Assembly (NCBI GenBank): GCA_020632555.1 | Contig: JACKFI010000001.1 | Location: 1,750 to 65,749 of the forward strand | DNA: 64,000 nucleotides | Source: Candidatus Omnitrophota bacterium | GTDB taxonomy: Bacteria > Omnitrophota > Gorgyraeia > Zapsychrales > JANLHA01 | Direction of reading: 5' to 3' | Shown: positions 56,421 through 64,000 of the stretch, in pieces | How positions within the stretch are numbered: the stretch's first letter is position 1 | Layout: the number at the start of each line of letters is the position of its first letter | The notes under the pieces: generated by a model | Seen by the model: only the letters and a program-made list of their open reading frames with translations | What the model was told of the DNA's origin: nothing | Databases searched by the model: none | Translations under genes and position numbers: made by a program

Positions 56421-56586
56421 TGTCATTGCGAACGCAGTGAGTCCCTCCTCCGGGACGAACGAAGCGAAGGCCATCAAGGCCCAGCGGAGTGCCGAAAACA
56501 GGAGTTTTTCGGTCGAAGTGAAGCAATCTCATATCAATAAGATTGCCGCGTCGGCCGGTACTATTGATTGCCTCCTCGCAATGACA
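56421..56586. repeat. Z element copy 3 (expanded, 166 nt)
   Basis: Same termini and inner GAAGCAATCT...AGATTGCCGCGTCG as copies 1 and 2, with about 90 nt of extra internal sequence. The ORF-track ORF 56380..56589 is an artefact of the repeat. Confidence 0.85.
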
Positions 56587-56725
56587 CACTAAATAAGAAG
56601 TTGCTCCTCGCCCAAAAGGGAAGGGAAAATATTAATGATTTCTCCCTCAACGAGAGGAGAAAAATTCTCATATATCACTATTTTTAAACTCATTCTTTAT
56701 AAAACATTTAGCACTATCAACATAT

Positions 56726-57526
56726 CTACTTATTCTCACAACGCCAGTGCCAAGGTTCATAAGTTATGCCTACCGGCGCGTCTTTGGGATACGATAAAAC
56801 AAAACCAAAACGTTTGGCATGCTTTTTCATCCACAAGAATTCCGGCAAGGCATCAAACTCCGACATATTCTCTTCGCCGTTAATGCCGTCTTCATTAATA
56901 AAATCAATCGCTTGAAAAGCCGGCGCGCCGTGTTCGCTATAACCGGGCAAAGCCACAAATTTGACTGTTTCGCGTATCGAATATTTATGATTCTGCAAAT
57001 AAAAAACAAACAAATACAATTGATACGCGCTGGAGCGATAACCGGATTCGATCAAAAGTTTTTTACCCAAATCTTTTTGCATCGCAATCATCATGGCTTG
57101 ATACTTGGCATAAACATCCCGCGGCAAAAACTGCGGCGCCAATTCCCGACGATCGCGCTGAGTACCTTCTTTTTTATGGTCCCGCACTTTGACTTTTTGC
57201 CCGACGATTAAAACCAAATCCTCTTTACCAGTCGCTATCCCGCGAAAAGGAATTTTAACTCCCAACTGTTTAGCATCCAGTTGTTGAAAACTTTTTAAAA
57301 ATGTCTGTTCTTCTTTATTTAAAGGGGAATACAATTCATCAAACGTCAGCTTGGCCAAATCTTTGGTTTTGTCTCGCGCAAGAATAAACGGCTCGAGTTT
57401 TTTGATTAAACCTTTAACTTTTTTAATATCTTGTTCTGAAAGTTTATCCACATTCAATGCCGCAAACACCGGCCGTACACACAGTACAATCATTAACCCC
57501 GACAAAAATAACTTTTTAAAATGCAT
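56726..57526 (-). CDS. VanY-like D-alanyl-D-alanine carboxypeptidase (peptidase M15B)
   Basis: SGYRS, PGYSEHG and EPWHWR metal-site motifs, with an N-terminal signal peptide. Confidence 0.8.
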   Translation of the reverse strand: MHFKKLFLSGLMIVLCVRPVFAALNVDKLSEQDIKKVKGLIKKLEPFILARDKTKDLAKLTFDELYSPLNKEEQTFLKSFQQLDAKQLGVKIPFRGIATGKEDLVLIVGQKVKVRDHKKEGTQRDRRELAPQFLPRDVYAKYQAMMIAMQKDLGKKLLIESGYRSSAYQLYLFVFYLQNHKYSIRETVKFVALPGYSEHGAPAFQAIDFINEDGINGEENMSEFDALPEFLWMKKHAKRFGFVLSYPKDAPVGITYEPWHWRCENK

Positions 57527-57544
57527 AAAACACCCCTTGCTCGA

Positions 57545-58363
57545 TTAAACAATTTTAATGCCTTTTAAATCCGCTGGAGACTCTGGGTAATGCATCTTTA
57601 AATTCTCCAAAGCATCGACAATGGCTGAAGCAATAACAATATTGCGAAACCATTTGTGATCCGACGGGACAACAACCCACGGGGCATGTTTGGTGCTGGT
57701 TTTTTGAATCATCTCTTCATAAACTTTTTGATATTCATCCCAAAGCTTACGTTCTTTCAAATCCGTAATTCGAAACTTCCAATGCTTGCGTGAATCATCC
57801 AAACGTTCTTGCAAACGCTTTTTCTGCTCATCTTTGCTAATATGTAAAAAGAATTTTAAAATCGTCACCCCTTCATCCGCCAGCATCAGCTCAAAATCAT
57901 TGATATGCGCATAACGCTTGCGCCAAACTTTTTGAGACACATAATTGTGTACCCGCACGGCCAAAACATCTTCATAATGACTGCGATTAAAAATGACCAT
58001 TTCCCCGGCCGCCGGCATCGCTTGATGCACCCGCCACAAATAATCATGCGACAACTCCTCCGCTGACGGAGCCTTGAAACTTTTAACCTTAACCCCCTGC
58101 GGATTAACTCCCTGAAGAACATCGCGAATCGTGCCATCCTTGCCGGAGGTATCCATACCCTGCAAAATGATCAAGACTTTATTTTTGCTTTCGGCGTAAA
58201 GCAACTCCTGCAAAGCATCAATCTTAAGATTTAGATTATGCAAAAGCCCTTGAGCATCTTGTTTATCAAAGTTGACCAAACTGGTATCCCCGGGAGAAAT
58301 TTTTGATAAACGAAAGTCTTTACCCTTTGTGAAATAAAATGATTCGTAAAACTTCTTTTTCAT
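57545..58363 (-). CDS. ppk2: Polyphosphate kinase 2 family protein
   Basis: QGMDTSGKDGTI P-loop and PPK2 lid-region similarity. Single-domain, 272 aa. Confidence 0.85.
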   Translation of the reverse strand: MKKKFYESFYFTKGKDFRLSKISPGDTSLVNFDKQDAQGLLHNLNLKIDALQELLYAESKNKVLIILQGMDTSGKDGTIRDVLQGVNPQGVKVKSFKAPSAEELSHDYLWRVHQAMPAAGEMVIFNRSHYEDVLAVRVHNYVSQKVWRKRYAHINDFELMLADEGVTILKFFLHISKDEQKKRLQERLDDSRKHWKFRITDLKERKLWDEYQKVYEEMIQKTSTKHAPWVVVPSDHKWFRNIVIASAIVDALENLKMHYPESPADLKGIKIV

Positions 58364-58406
58364 AAAAATCCTTCCTTATTTTAGCCACAAACAAGTTTTT
58401 AACACC

Positions 58407-58491
58407 AGCTGATCCAGCAAGCCCTTTTTCGGCTCAATTGTTTGGCGCCTCTATGGCGCAATTCGCCTTAAAAGGACTTGCTGAATCAGCT
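58407..58491 (+). repeat. X element copy 3: conserved core inside a 22-23 bp locus-specific stem
   Basis: AGCTGATCCAGCAAGCCCTTTTT, core CGGCTCAATTGTTTGGCGCCTCTATGGCGCAATTCGCC, then TTAAAAGGACTTGCTGAATCAGCT. The two arm mismatches are C-A on the + strand, which is G-U on the - strand. Confidence 0.9.
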
Positions 58492-58512
58492 TAAAACGTG
58501 TTGATATCCAAT

Positions 58513-59811
58513 TTACTTGATCGCGCGAATAGCGACGATACGATCTAACAGGGAGCCCTTTTTAGTTCCCGCTCCCAAAGACAAATCAGAAACAATCACC
58601 CGGTTAACCACCCGCGTTTGATCCGTTGCTCCCGCCGTTTCTCGATACGCAAACGCAGCATGAATCGCATAAGGCTGCTGATCCACCATCCCTAAATATA
58701 AAACAATGTGCCCTTTTAGCTGCGCAATCGTAATGCCGGCAGTGGCTTTTTTAAAAGTTTCAATTTGTCCTTTGGATCCCAAAAGCTCACCAACCTGCCC
58801 CTGCTCAGAAGAATTGCGCGGCAATTCGATACCCACCGTCGAAAAAACTTGTTTTAAGAATGCTGAACAATCCTGCTGTCCATTAAGCCCACCCCAGCCG
58901 TAAGGGGCGTTGAGCATTTTAAAGGCCTGCTCAATAATCACGCGCGGCGTATATGTCAAATACCCCATATTAATATCCCGACGATGAATAAATAAACTCT
59001 GTCGCGGCGCTATGGCAACCTCTACGCTATCCGCATGGACACCATTAACCGCCAAACGCATTCCCATGCGAACATTATCGTAAAATTGTGTTCGCTCTCG
59101 ATCCCGGTAAAGATCCGCTTTAGCTGAAATCACCACGGCAAACTTCTTGGCAGTCAACTGATTTAAAAACTCATCTGATGAAACAAATTCTAAATTTTCT
59201 TTTTTAACCCAGCCAGCACTGGCCGCAGTTTGTGTATAAACCCATTGTTCATCCAGAGTTTCCTGAAAAACCACCACGGCCGTCCCCGCATCCAAAGAGC
59301 TGTTCTGGATTTCATCAAACTCAAAATCAAAGGGTTCAGCTGTTAAAATGTCTGTGGTTGGCAGCAACCGTTGATCACATTGCTGAATAACAAAGGCATG
59401 CCGTGGACGTTGATCTTCCATATTATCCAAAACGATATTGTCCTCAATTCGACTAAAAAAGTCACGCGGTGCCAACTTGCCCTCATGGTCAAAATAATCA
59501 CCTCGCGAAAACTTTTTGATTTCTTTTTGAATTTGCGCCGAACTCACTTGCACATCCAAGGAACTCATGCTCAACACATCTTTAACCAACCCATTGGCAA
59601 TTAGTGTTTGATTAAAATGCTGCACATCCGCCGCGTTTAAAACCACGCGATCCGCCAATGGGTTAAGGCTAATCCAAAATCCGGGCCGTTGCATCTGACG
59701 TGTTGTCTGAGGAATGCTGGCTGGCGCGGCGAAATTCAATTTTTCTCCGACGGGTGCGGCAGCAAAAGTTAAACTGGCTATCACTAATGATAAAACCCAA
59801 ATCTTTTTCAT
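58513..59811 (-). CDS. NlpC/P60 (C40) peptidase with N-terminal SH3-like regions (YkfC-like)
   Basis: Catalytic Cys context QQDCSAFLKQVF and a downstream His (GHIVLYLG). Signal peptide at ATG 59811, in an ATGA overlap with the upstream gene. Confidence 0.8.
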   Translation of the reverse strand: MKKIWVLSLVIASLTFAAAPVGEKLNFAAPASIPQTTRQMQRPGFWISLNPLADRVVLNAADVQHFNQTLIANGLVKDVLSMSSLDVQVSSAQIQKEIKKFSRGDYFDHEGKLAPRDFFSRIEDNIVLDNMEDQRPRHAFVIQQCDQRLLPTTDILTAEPFDFEFDEIQNSSLDAGTAVVVFQETLDEQWVYTQTAASAGWVKKENLEFVSSDEFLNQLTAKKFAVVISAKADLYRDRERTQFYDNVRMGMRLAVNGVHADSVEVAIAPRQSLFIHRRDINMGYLTYTPRVIIEQAFKMLNAPYGWGGLNGQQDCSAFLKQVFSTVGIELPRNSSEQGQVGELLGSKGQIETFKKATAGITIAQLKGHIVLYLGMVDQQPYAIHAAFAYRETAGATDQTRVVNRVIVSDLSLGAGTKKGSLLDRIVAIRAIK

Positions 59812-60977
59812 CCTGCCGCCATTCTGCACAGTTGTGCCGTAATAATTCCTAAATACATGCCCATAATATTTCCAAGAATCGCCAGCAACAAACCCACGCA
59901 CGCTAAACCCGGCTGATACATTTCAGCGACTATTGGAGCAGAGGCAACTCCCCCAATATTCGCCTGACTGGCCACCGCCGCTAAAAACATTGGCGCGCGA
60001 ATGATGCGAGCCGCCAACACAATCACGCCCGCGTGAAACAAAACCACCAAAAACCCAGCCCCGATCAAAATCAATACCGCCGAGGCATTGACCATCCCTG
60101 CTTTGGCGCCAATAGTCGTCAACACAAAGTATAAAAAGAAATATCCAATTTTAGACGCGCCGTTTTTCTCCAGCTGACGAGCCGGCGTAAAAGAAAGCCC
60201 AATGCCGATACTGGATGCCACAATAATCGTCCACGCATAGGCTGACAAAACATTCTTTATAATCGGCAAAGACATTCCGATAAACCGTGCCAAAAGCGCG
60301 CCAACTATGGCCAAAAAACAAATCACCGCAATTCTATTCCAAGATCTTTGGACTTGTCCCTGCTGAACAAAACCGGCCGCTCGCACACTCAAATCATCTA
60401 AAATCGTTCGATTGCTACGGTTGATACGGTCAAATTGCCATTGAAATCCCGACGCTATTAATAAAAATCCCAACCACACATAAGGGACAATGGTATCGAC
60501 AATCACCATCGGCGTAAAAACCGCTTCCGACGTTCCAATCGCTTGTTTGACGGCAATCATGTTAGCGCTGCCGCCAATCCAAGACCCCGATAACGCGCCA
60601 AAGCCCGACCACATCGCGCTGCCGACCCAAGGCTTGACCAACCAAAACACCAAAGGCATTCCCAGCATAATCCCCAGGCTTCCCGCCAACATCATAATCA
60701 GCGCCGGTCGTCCTAATCGCAAAATCGATTTGATATCCGCTGAAAGCAGCAATAAAATTAAGCTCGCCGGTAAAAACCAATTGCTAATCATTTGATACAC
60801 TGGCGATTTGGAATCAATCCATCCTAAAATCGAGCACAACATCGGCAAGAAATAAATCCAAAATACCGCCGGCAAAAATGAGAAATATTTTTTAAAACTC
60901 CGGTGAGATGAAACATAAAGAACTGCAATTTCAGTTACTAACAAGAAACTAATTAATAAATAAGGTGAACGAATCAT
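59808..60977 (-). CDS. DUF819-like polytopic membrane protein (putative transporter)
   Basis: About 11 TM segments. SGSWIGGSANMIAV resembles the DUF819 signature as I remember it. Start and stop overlap both neighbours. Confidence 0.55.
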   Translation of the reverse strand: MIRSPYLLISFLLVTEIAVLYVSSHRSFKKYFSFLPAVFWIYFLPMLCSILGWIDSKSPVYQMISNWFLPASLILLLLSADIKSILRLGRPALIMMLAGSLGIMLGMPLVFWLVKPWVGSAMWSGFGALSGSWIGGSANMIAVKQAIGTSEAVFTPMVIVDTIVPYVWLGFLLIASGFQWQFDRINRSNRTILDDLSVRAAGFVQQGQVQRSWNRIAVICFLAIVGALLARFIGMSLPIIKNVLSAYAWTIIVASSIGIGLSFTPARQLEKNGASKIGYFFLYFVLTTIGAKAGMVNASAVLILIGAGFLVVLFHAGVIVLAARIIRAPMFLAAVASQANIGGVASAPIVAEMYQPGLACVGLLLAILGNIMGMYLGIITAQLCRMAAG

Positions 60978-62068
60978 AAAGAAGCCGCCGAAAGCCCAAT
61001 GCCAGACTTCACATTGGAGACATCATAAATTCCTTTAGACGTCAAATACGTAATTTGACGAAGTCCGCCGATGCGAACCGCGGGAGTTATAAAAAATGGT
61101 GTATCCAAATCCACATATTTAAAACAATTCATTCCCGCGGCCAGATGCGCGGCGGCTGTCATCGCCAACGGACTTTCCATCATCCCGCCGATCATAAGCT
61201 CCAATCCAGCGGCTCGCGCCAAATTGGCCGCTTCCCGTGCCTGCACCAAACCAAACTTCATCAATTTGATATTAATCACCGCCGCTGCTTTTTCACGAAT
61301 AATTCGCGCAACATCCTGCAGACTGGCGGCACTCTCATCGGCACACACCAAAACATCACCAAGAGCGCTGACCCTCTTTAAACCTTCCCAATCTTCTTTG
61401 GGGACCGGCTGTTCAATCAACTGTGGACGCACGCCCAGCAATTTCAACTCTTTAAGAAAGTTCAAAGTTTGATCAGCAGTGTATCCTTGATTAGCGTCGA
61501 GAATAATGTCCGAATTGCCTGTGGCTTTTTTGACCGCGGCCACTCGTTTTAAATCAAGTTCCATATCGCGGCCAATTTTAACTTTGAAGCTGCGAAAACC
61601 CTGACGATAAAAATTCTTGGCGGCCAGTGTTGTTTCTTCCACGCTATTGATGACAATGGTGATATCGCTGCGCAATTTCCCCGGTTTTGCGCCAAAAAAT
61701 TTCCACAAAGGAATATTCAACTGCTGTGTCAAAGCATCTAAAAGGGCCATCTCAACCGCCGCCACGACGCTTTTATTACGCGAGAACATTTGCAGCAGAT
61801 ATGAAGACAAAGTCTGATAATCAAAAACATCTTGGCCAACAAAATCTTCACTAATATCCTGTAAATGGCTCTGCGTCAGTGGTATTGTTTCACCGGTGAT
61901 ATGGCTGGCAACTGCTGCCTCGCCAGAACCTTTGGTGCCGTCGGACAGCTCGATTGAAAAACTTAAATTTTCTAAACTGTCATGCTGACCTAAGGCGGTG
62001 CGAAACGGCGTGATCAACTTGGCATTAAGAGGCTGGACACTGCACTTTTTAATCTGACTTTTTTGCAC
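60974..62068 (-). CDS. Dipeptide (L-Ala-D/L-Glu) epimerase, enolase superfamily
   Basis: MR/MLE pattern: KVKIG, DANQGY, IEQP, CADES, plus conserved K and D positions. 364 aa. Confidence 0.8.
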   Translation of the reverse strand: MQKSQIKKCSVQPLNAKLITPFRTALGQHDSLENLSFSIELSDGTKGSGEAAVASHITGETIPLTQSHLQDISEDFVGQDVFDYQTLSSYLLQMFSRNKSVVAAVEMALLDALTQQLNIPLWKFFGAKPGKLRSDITIVINSVEETTLAAKNFYRQGFRSFKVKIGRDMELDLKRVAAVKKATGNSDIILDANQGYTADQTLNFLKELKLLGVRPQLIEQPVPKEDWEGLKRVSALGDVLVCADESAASLQDVARIIREKAAAVINIKLMKFGLVQAREAANLARAAGLELMIGGMMESPLAMTAAAHLAAGMNCFKYVDLDTPFFITPAVRIGGLRQITYLTSKGIYDVSNVKSGIGLSAASL

Positions 62069-62147
62069 GGATTATATTACCGCAAAAGAAAATCACCGGC
62101 AAGACAAGATTCGAGAGGTTTTTCTACCTTATCGATTACAACATCAC

Positions 62148-62594
62148 TCATAATCCAAGAGGTTTAACTGGTATGCCGTGGCTTTTGCAGTAAGAAATCA
62201 TTTTGACGTCGGCTGTCATAATCGCGGCATGAATATTTTTGGCTGTCATCAAAATCAATCGGTCTGCGGGATCCCCATGAACATCATCACCCATTTGTGT
62301 ACTCTCCAACAAAATATCCACTGATAATGGTTCAACATCTAGCCCATGACCTTTCAATGATTCTTTCACCCACAAAGCAACATCTTTGGACAAAGTAATC
62401 CGCTTCTTGGCAACCAGCATCCCTAATTCCCATATGGAAATTGCAGAAATCCGTAAAGCATCACGACGAGCATATTGCTCAATCCAGCGCAAATGATCTT
62501 TATGATTAAGTTCCTCATTGCCATTAATCAGCCATATCCACACATGGGTATCCAAAAGCAAATATTTTGTTCTAGCTGTCTGTGTTTTGGGCAT
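62148..62594 (-). CDS. vapC: PIN-domain toxin VapC
   Basis: LLDTHVWIW N-terminal acidic motif and a later D (PADRLI). 148 aa, overlapping the upstream antitoxin. Confidence 0.8.
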   Translation of the reverse strand: MPKTQTARTKYLLLDTHVWIWLINGNEELNHKDHLRWIEQYARRDALRISAISIWELGMLVAKKRITLSKDVALWVKESLKGHGLDVEPLSVDILLESTQMGDDVHGDPADRLILMTAKNIHAAIMTADVKMISYCKSHGIPVKPLGL

Positions 62595-62808
62595 CCCACG
62601 ACTCCTCTAACGAAGAAACAATATCGCCCTTGACCACAACCGAACCTTTTAGCAATCCAAATAAAGATTCCTTGGTTTTGTTGCTAACGCCAACCATCTT
62701 AACGATGGGTTTGCCATATTTGGTAACAATGACCTCACGATGATGTTTGTGCACATCATCCATGATCTTTAAACACTGTGCTTTAAATTTTCCTGCGGCA
62801 ATTAACAT
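62572..62808 (-). CDS. Phd/YefM-family antitoxin
   Basis: MLIAAGKFKAQCLKIMDDV....EVIVTKYGKPIVKMV is a typical Phd/YefM N-terminus. ATG 62808 behind GAGGAGGGGAG; the track start is TTG. Confidence 0.8.
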   Translation of the reverse strand: MLIAAGKFKAQCLKIMDDVHKHHREVIVTKYGKPIVKMVGVSNKTKESLFGLLKGSVVVKGDIVSSLEESWDAQNTDS

Positions 62809-62866
62809 AGCTCTCCCCTCCTCATTACCCAAAGAATAACATGGTCACACTTAATAGTCAAATTTA

Positions 62867-63046
62867 TTATCTTTTGGAAAGAACAGCCTCGGGCTGGACA
62901 TTCAACTGTCCGAGAATTGGCAAGGTTTGGGCATTGACGGGTAGAATGTTAAGAATAACAGGATACAAACCATTGATATGGATGTTTTCTATGTCCTGTT
63001 GCAGTAAAGGCAAAGGAACACCACGGCCGTCGCGCTTGATTTGCAA
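62867..63046 (-). pseudogene. Displaced 3' fragment (59 codons plus stop) of a P3-type gene
   Basis: 62894..63046 matches 63711..63863 at 151 of 153 nt by my hand alignment. It encodes LQIKRDGRGVPLPLLQQDIENIHINGLYPVILNILPVNAQTLPILGQLNVQPEAVLSKR. There is no start codon, and an in-frame TAG lies 10 codons upstream. Confidence 0.8.
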
Positions 63047-63048
63047 TT

Positions 63049-63192
63049 TTATCCACGCGAAACAACTGTTTGTCTAGCAGGGTACTTATCTCGCAATTTC
63101 TTTAAAAAAGTCTTGCGATCTTTCAAAAACTCACGACTTAATTTTTGACGGGCTTTACGCTGCAAGACTACGGCATCAAATTTCTTTTTCAT
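63049..63192 (-). CDS. 47-aa basic ORF overlapping the 3' end of the PIN gene (possible partner/antitoxin)
   Basis: Below the ORF-track cut-off. My translation is MKKKFDAVVLQRKARQKLSREFLKDRKTFLKKLRDKYPARQTVVSRG. The ATG at 63192 overlaps the PIN ORF by 17 nt. Confidence 0.4.
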   Translation of the reverse strand: MKKKFDAVVLQRKARQKLSREFLKDRKTFLKKLRDKYPARQTVVSRG

Positions 63193-63643
63193 TGAGCACC
63201 TCCCTAGGACTGCGAATCTCTAATACAGAAAATCCAAACTTTAAATTTACTGAATTAAATAAATGGATTCTGTTCAAATTTACGATCTGCTTAAAATTCC
63301 AACTCACCAAAACATCGACGCGTTCTAAAGTTGCTATTGCAATATGTTGAGCATCTGCTAAATGTTTATTTGTTACAACTTTATGACGAATATATTCTTT
63401 TGCCAGAGCTTCCGCATCATCAGAGAAACTCACCTTTTCACAAGACGATTGCGGTATTTTACCTACCAATGCTCGTACAGACTCTGGAGCAAGCTCAAGC
63501 TCTTCTAAAGTCAGGTCTGAGATAACCGCTACTTTCTTATACTCATGAAATTCTTGGAAAAGCCTTTTTGACCAATGTTCAAACTCAATGTCAAAGCACC
63601 CACCAATTACGGACGTATCAATATAAACTCGAGGAATTTTCAT
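63176..63643 (-). CDS. PIN-like domain protein (toxin-like)
   Basis: VYIDTSVIGG N-terminal acidic motif, with later acidic and ADAQHIA motifs. 155 aa. Confidence 0.7.
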   Translation of the reverse strand: MKIPRVYIDTSVIGGCFDIEFEHWSKRLFQEFHEYKKVAVISDLTLEELELAPESVRALVGKIPQSSCEKVSFSDDAEALAKEYIRHKVVTNKHLADAQHIAIATLERVDVLVSWNFKQIVNLNRIHLFNSVNLKFGFSVLEIRSPREVLNEKEI

Positions 63644-63683
63644 TTCTTAATTCTATCCATAAATACAAAATTTTCCATATATT

Positions 63684-64000
63684 TTACCCTTTTGACAACA
63701 CGGCTTCTGGCTGGACATTCAACTGTCCGAGAATTGGCAAGGTTTGGGCATTGACGGGCAGAATGTTGAGAATAACAGGATACAAACCATTGATATGGAT
63801 GTTTTCTATGTCCTGTTGCAGTAAAGGCAAAGGAACACCACGGCCGTCGCGCTTGATTTGCAAATTGAGTTTGGACGGGTCAAAATCAATACCCCCCTTG
63901 GTGAAGTTGCTAGCTGCAGGAGAAGAAACACTGATATTATCGACGGTTGACCCTTCCACAACCGCGTTGGAGGACGCGGATGCGAGTAAGACCTCAAAGA
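63684..64000 (-). CDS. C-terminal end of a third large P1/P2-family protein (P3); 5' part outside the window
   Basis: The frame stays open upstream of the ORF-track GTG at 63959, all the way to position 64000. The C-terminus GGIDFDPSKLNLQIKRDGRGVPLPLLQQDIENIHINGLYPVILNILPVNAQTLPILG closely parallels the P2 C-terminus. Confidence 0.8.
   Translation of the reverse strand, partial: FEVLLASASSNAVVEGSTVDNISVSSPAASNFTKGGIDFDPSKLNLQIKRDGRGVPLPLLQQDIENIHINGLYPVILNILPVNAQTLPILGQLNVQPEAVLSKG

Noticed and set aside
1-64000. Alternative genetic code (for example UGA recoding, as in some uncultivated lineages)
   Set aside because: Genes with strong family motifs reach their expected lengths and end at TAA, TAG or TGA under the standard code. 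ORFs of 3.9 and 5.1 kb are uninterrupted. There is no need to invoke recoding.
1-64000. rRNA, tmRNA, RNase P RNA, riboswitches, retron or DGR components
   Set aside because: I could recognise none. There is no reverse transcriptase ORF, and the only convincing RNA gene is tRNA-Gln. Absence is judged by eye only; a covariance-model scan would be needed to be sure.

Overview
This 64 kb window is bacterial chromosome under the standard genetic code, moderately AT-rich by eye. About 65 protein genes are tightly packed, and all but three lie on the minus strand. All calls come from reading the ORF-track proteins and the DNA by eye; no searches were run.

Most of the window is housekeeping: ctc-prs-glmU, ispE, hisG, dinB, rmuC, ychF, greA, ybaB, lipA, def, panD, trxA, an mlaFED lipid-transport operon (which suggests a diderm cell), an ABC-F ATPase, RNA-modification enzymes, one tRNA-Gln, a hybrid-kinase/Hpt phosphorelay, a sugar-modification/glycosyltransferase cluster, and a murein-peptide recycling cluster.

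The non-ordinary content is:
1. Two adjacent very large secreted paralogs (1292 and 1705 aa) and the 3' end of a third. They share an N-terminal domain of about 330 aa and a C-terminal module of about 60 aa (GGID..P ... LP..LG) that I cannot assign to any known family. Their central regions do not align by eye.
2. A near-identical 153-nt direct duplication of the third paralog's 3' end. It brackets a PIN-toxin cassette and lies next to a Phd/VapC pair.
3. At least four families of intergenic palindromic repeats. One sits in frame inside the 1705-aa gene, and its fused termini appear as a 12-nt palindrome in the paralog. Another has a conserved 36-nt core inside locus-specific complementary stems.
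4. Four to five toxin-antitoxin modules.

I found no CRISPR array, rRNA, integrase or transposase. I cannot assign a taxon from the sequence alone.
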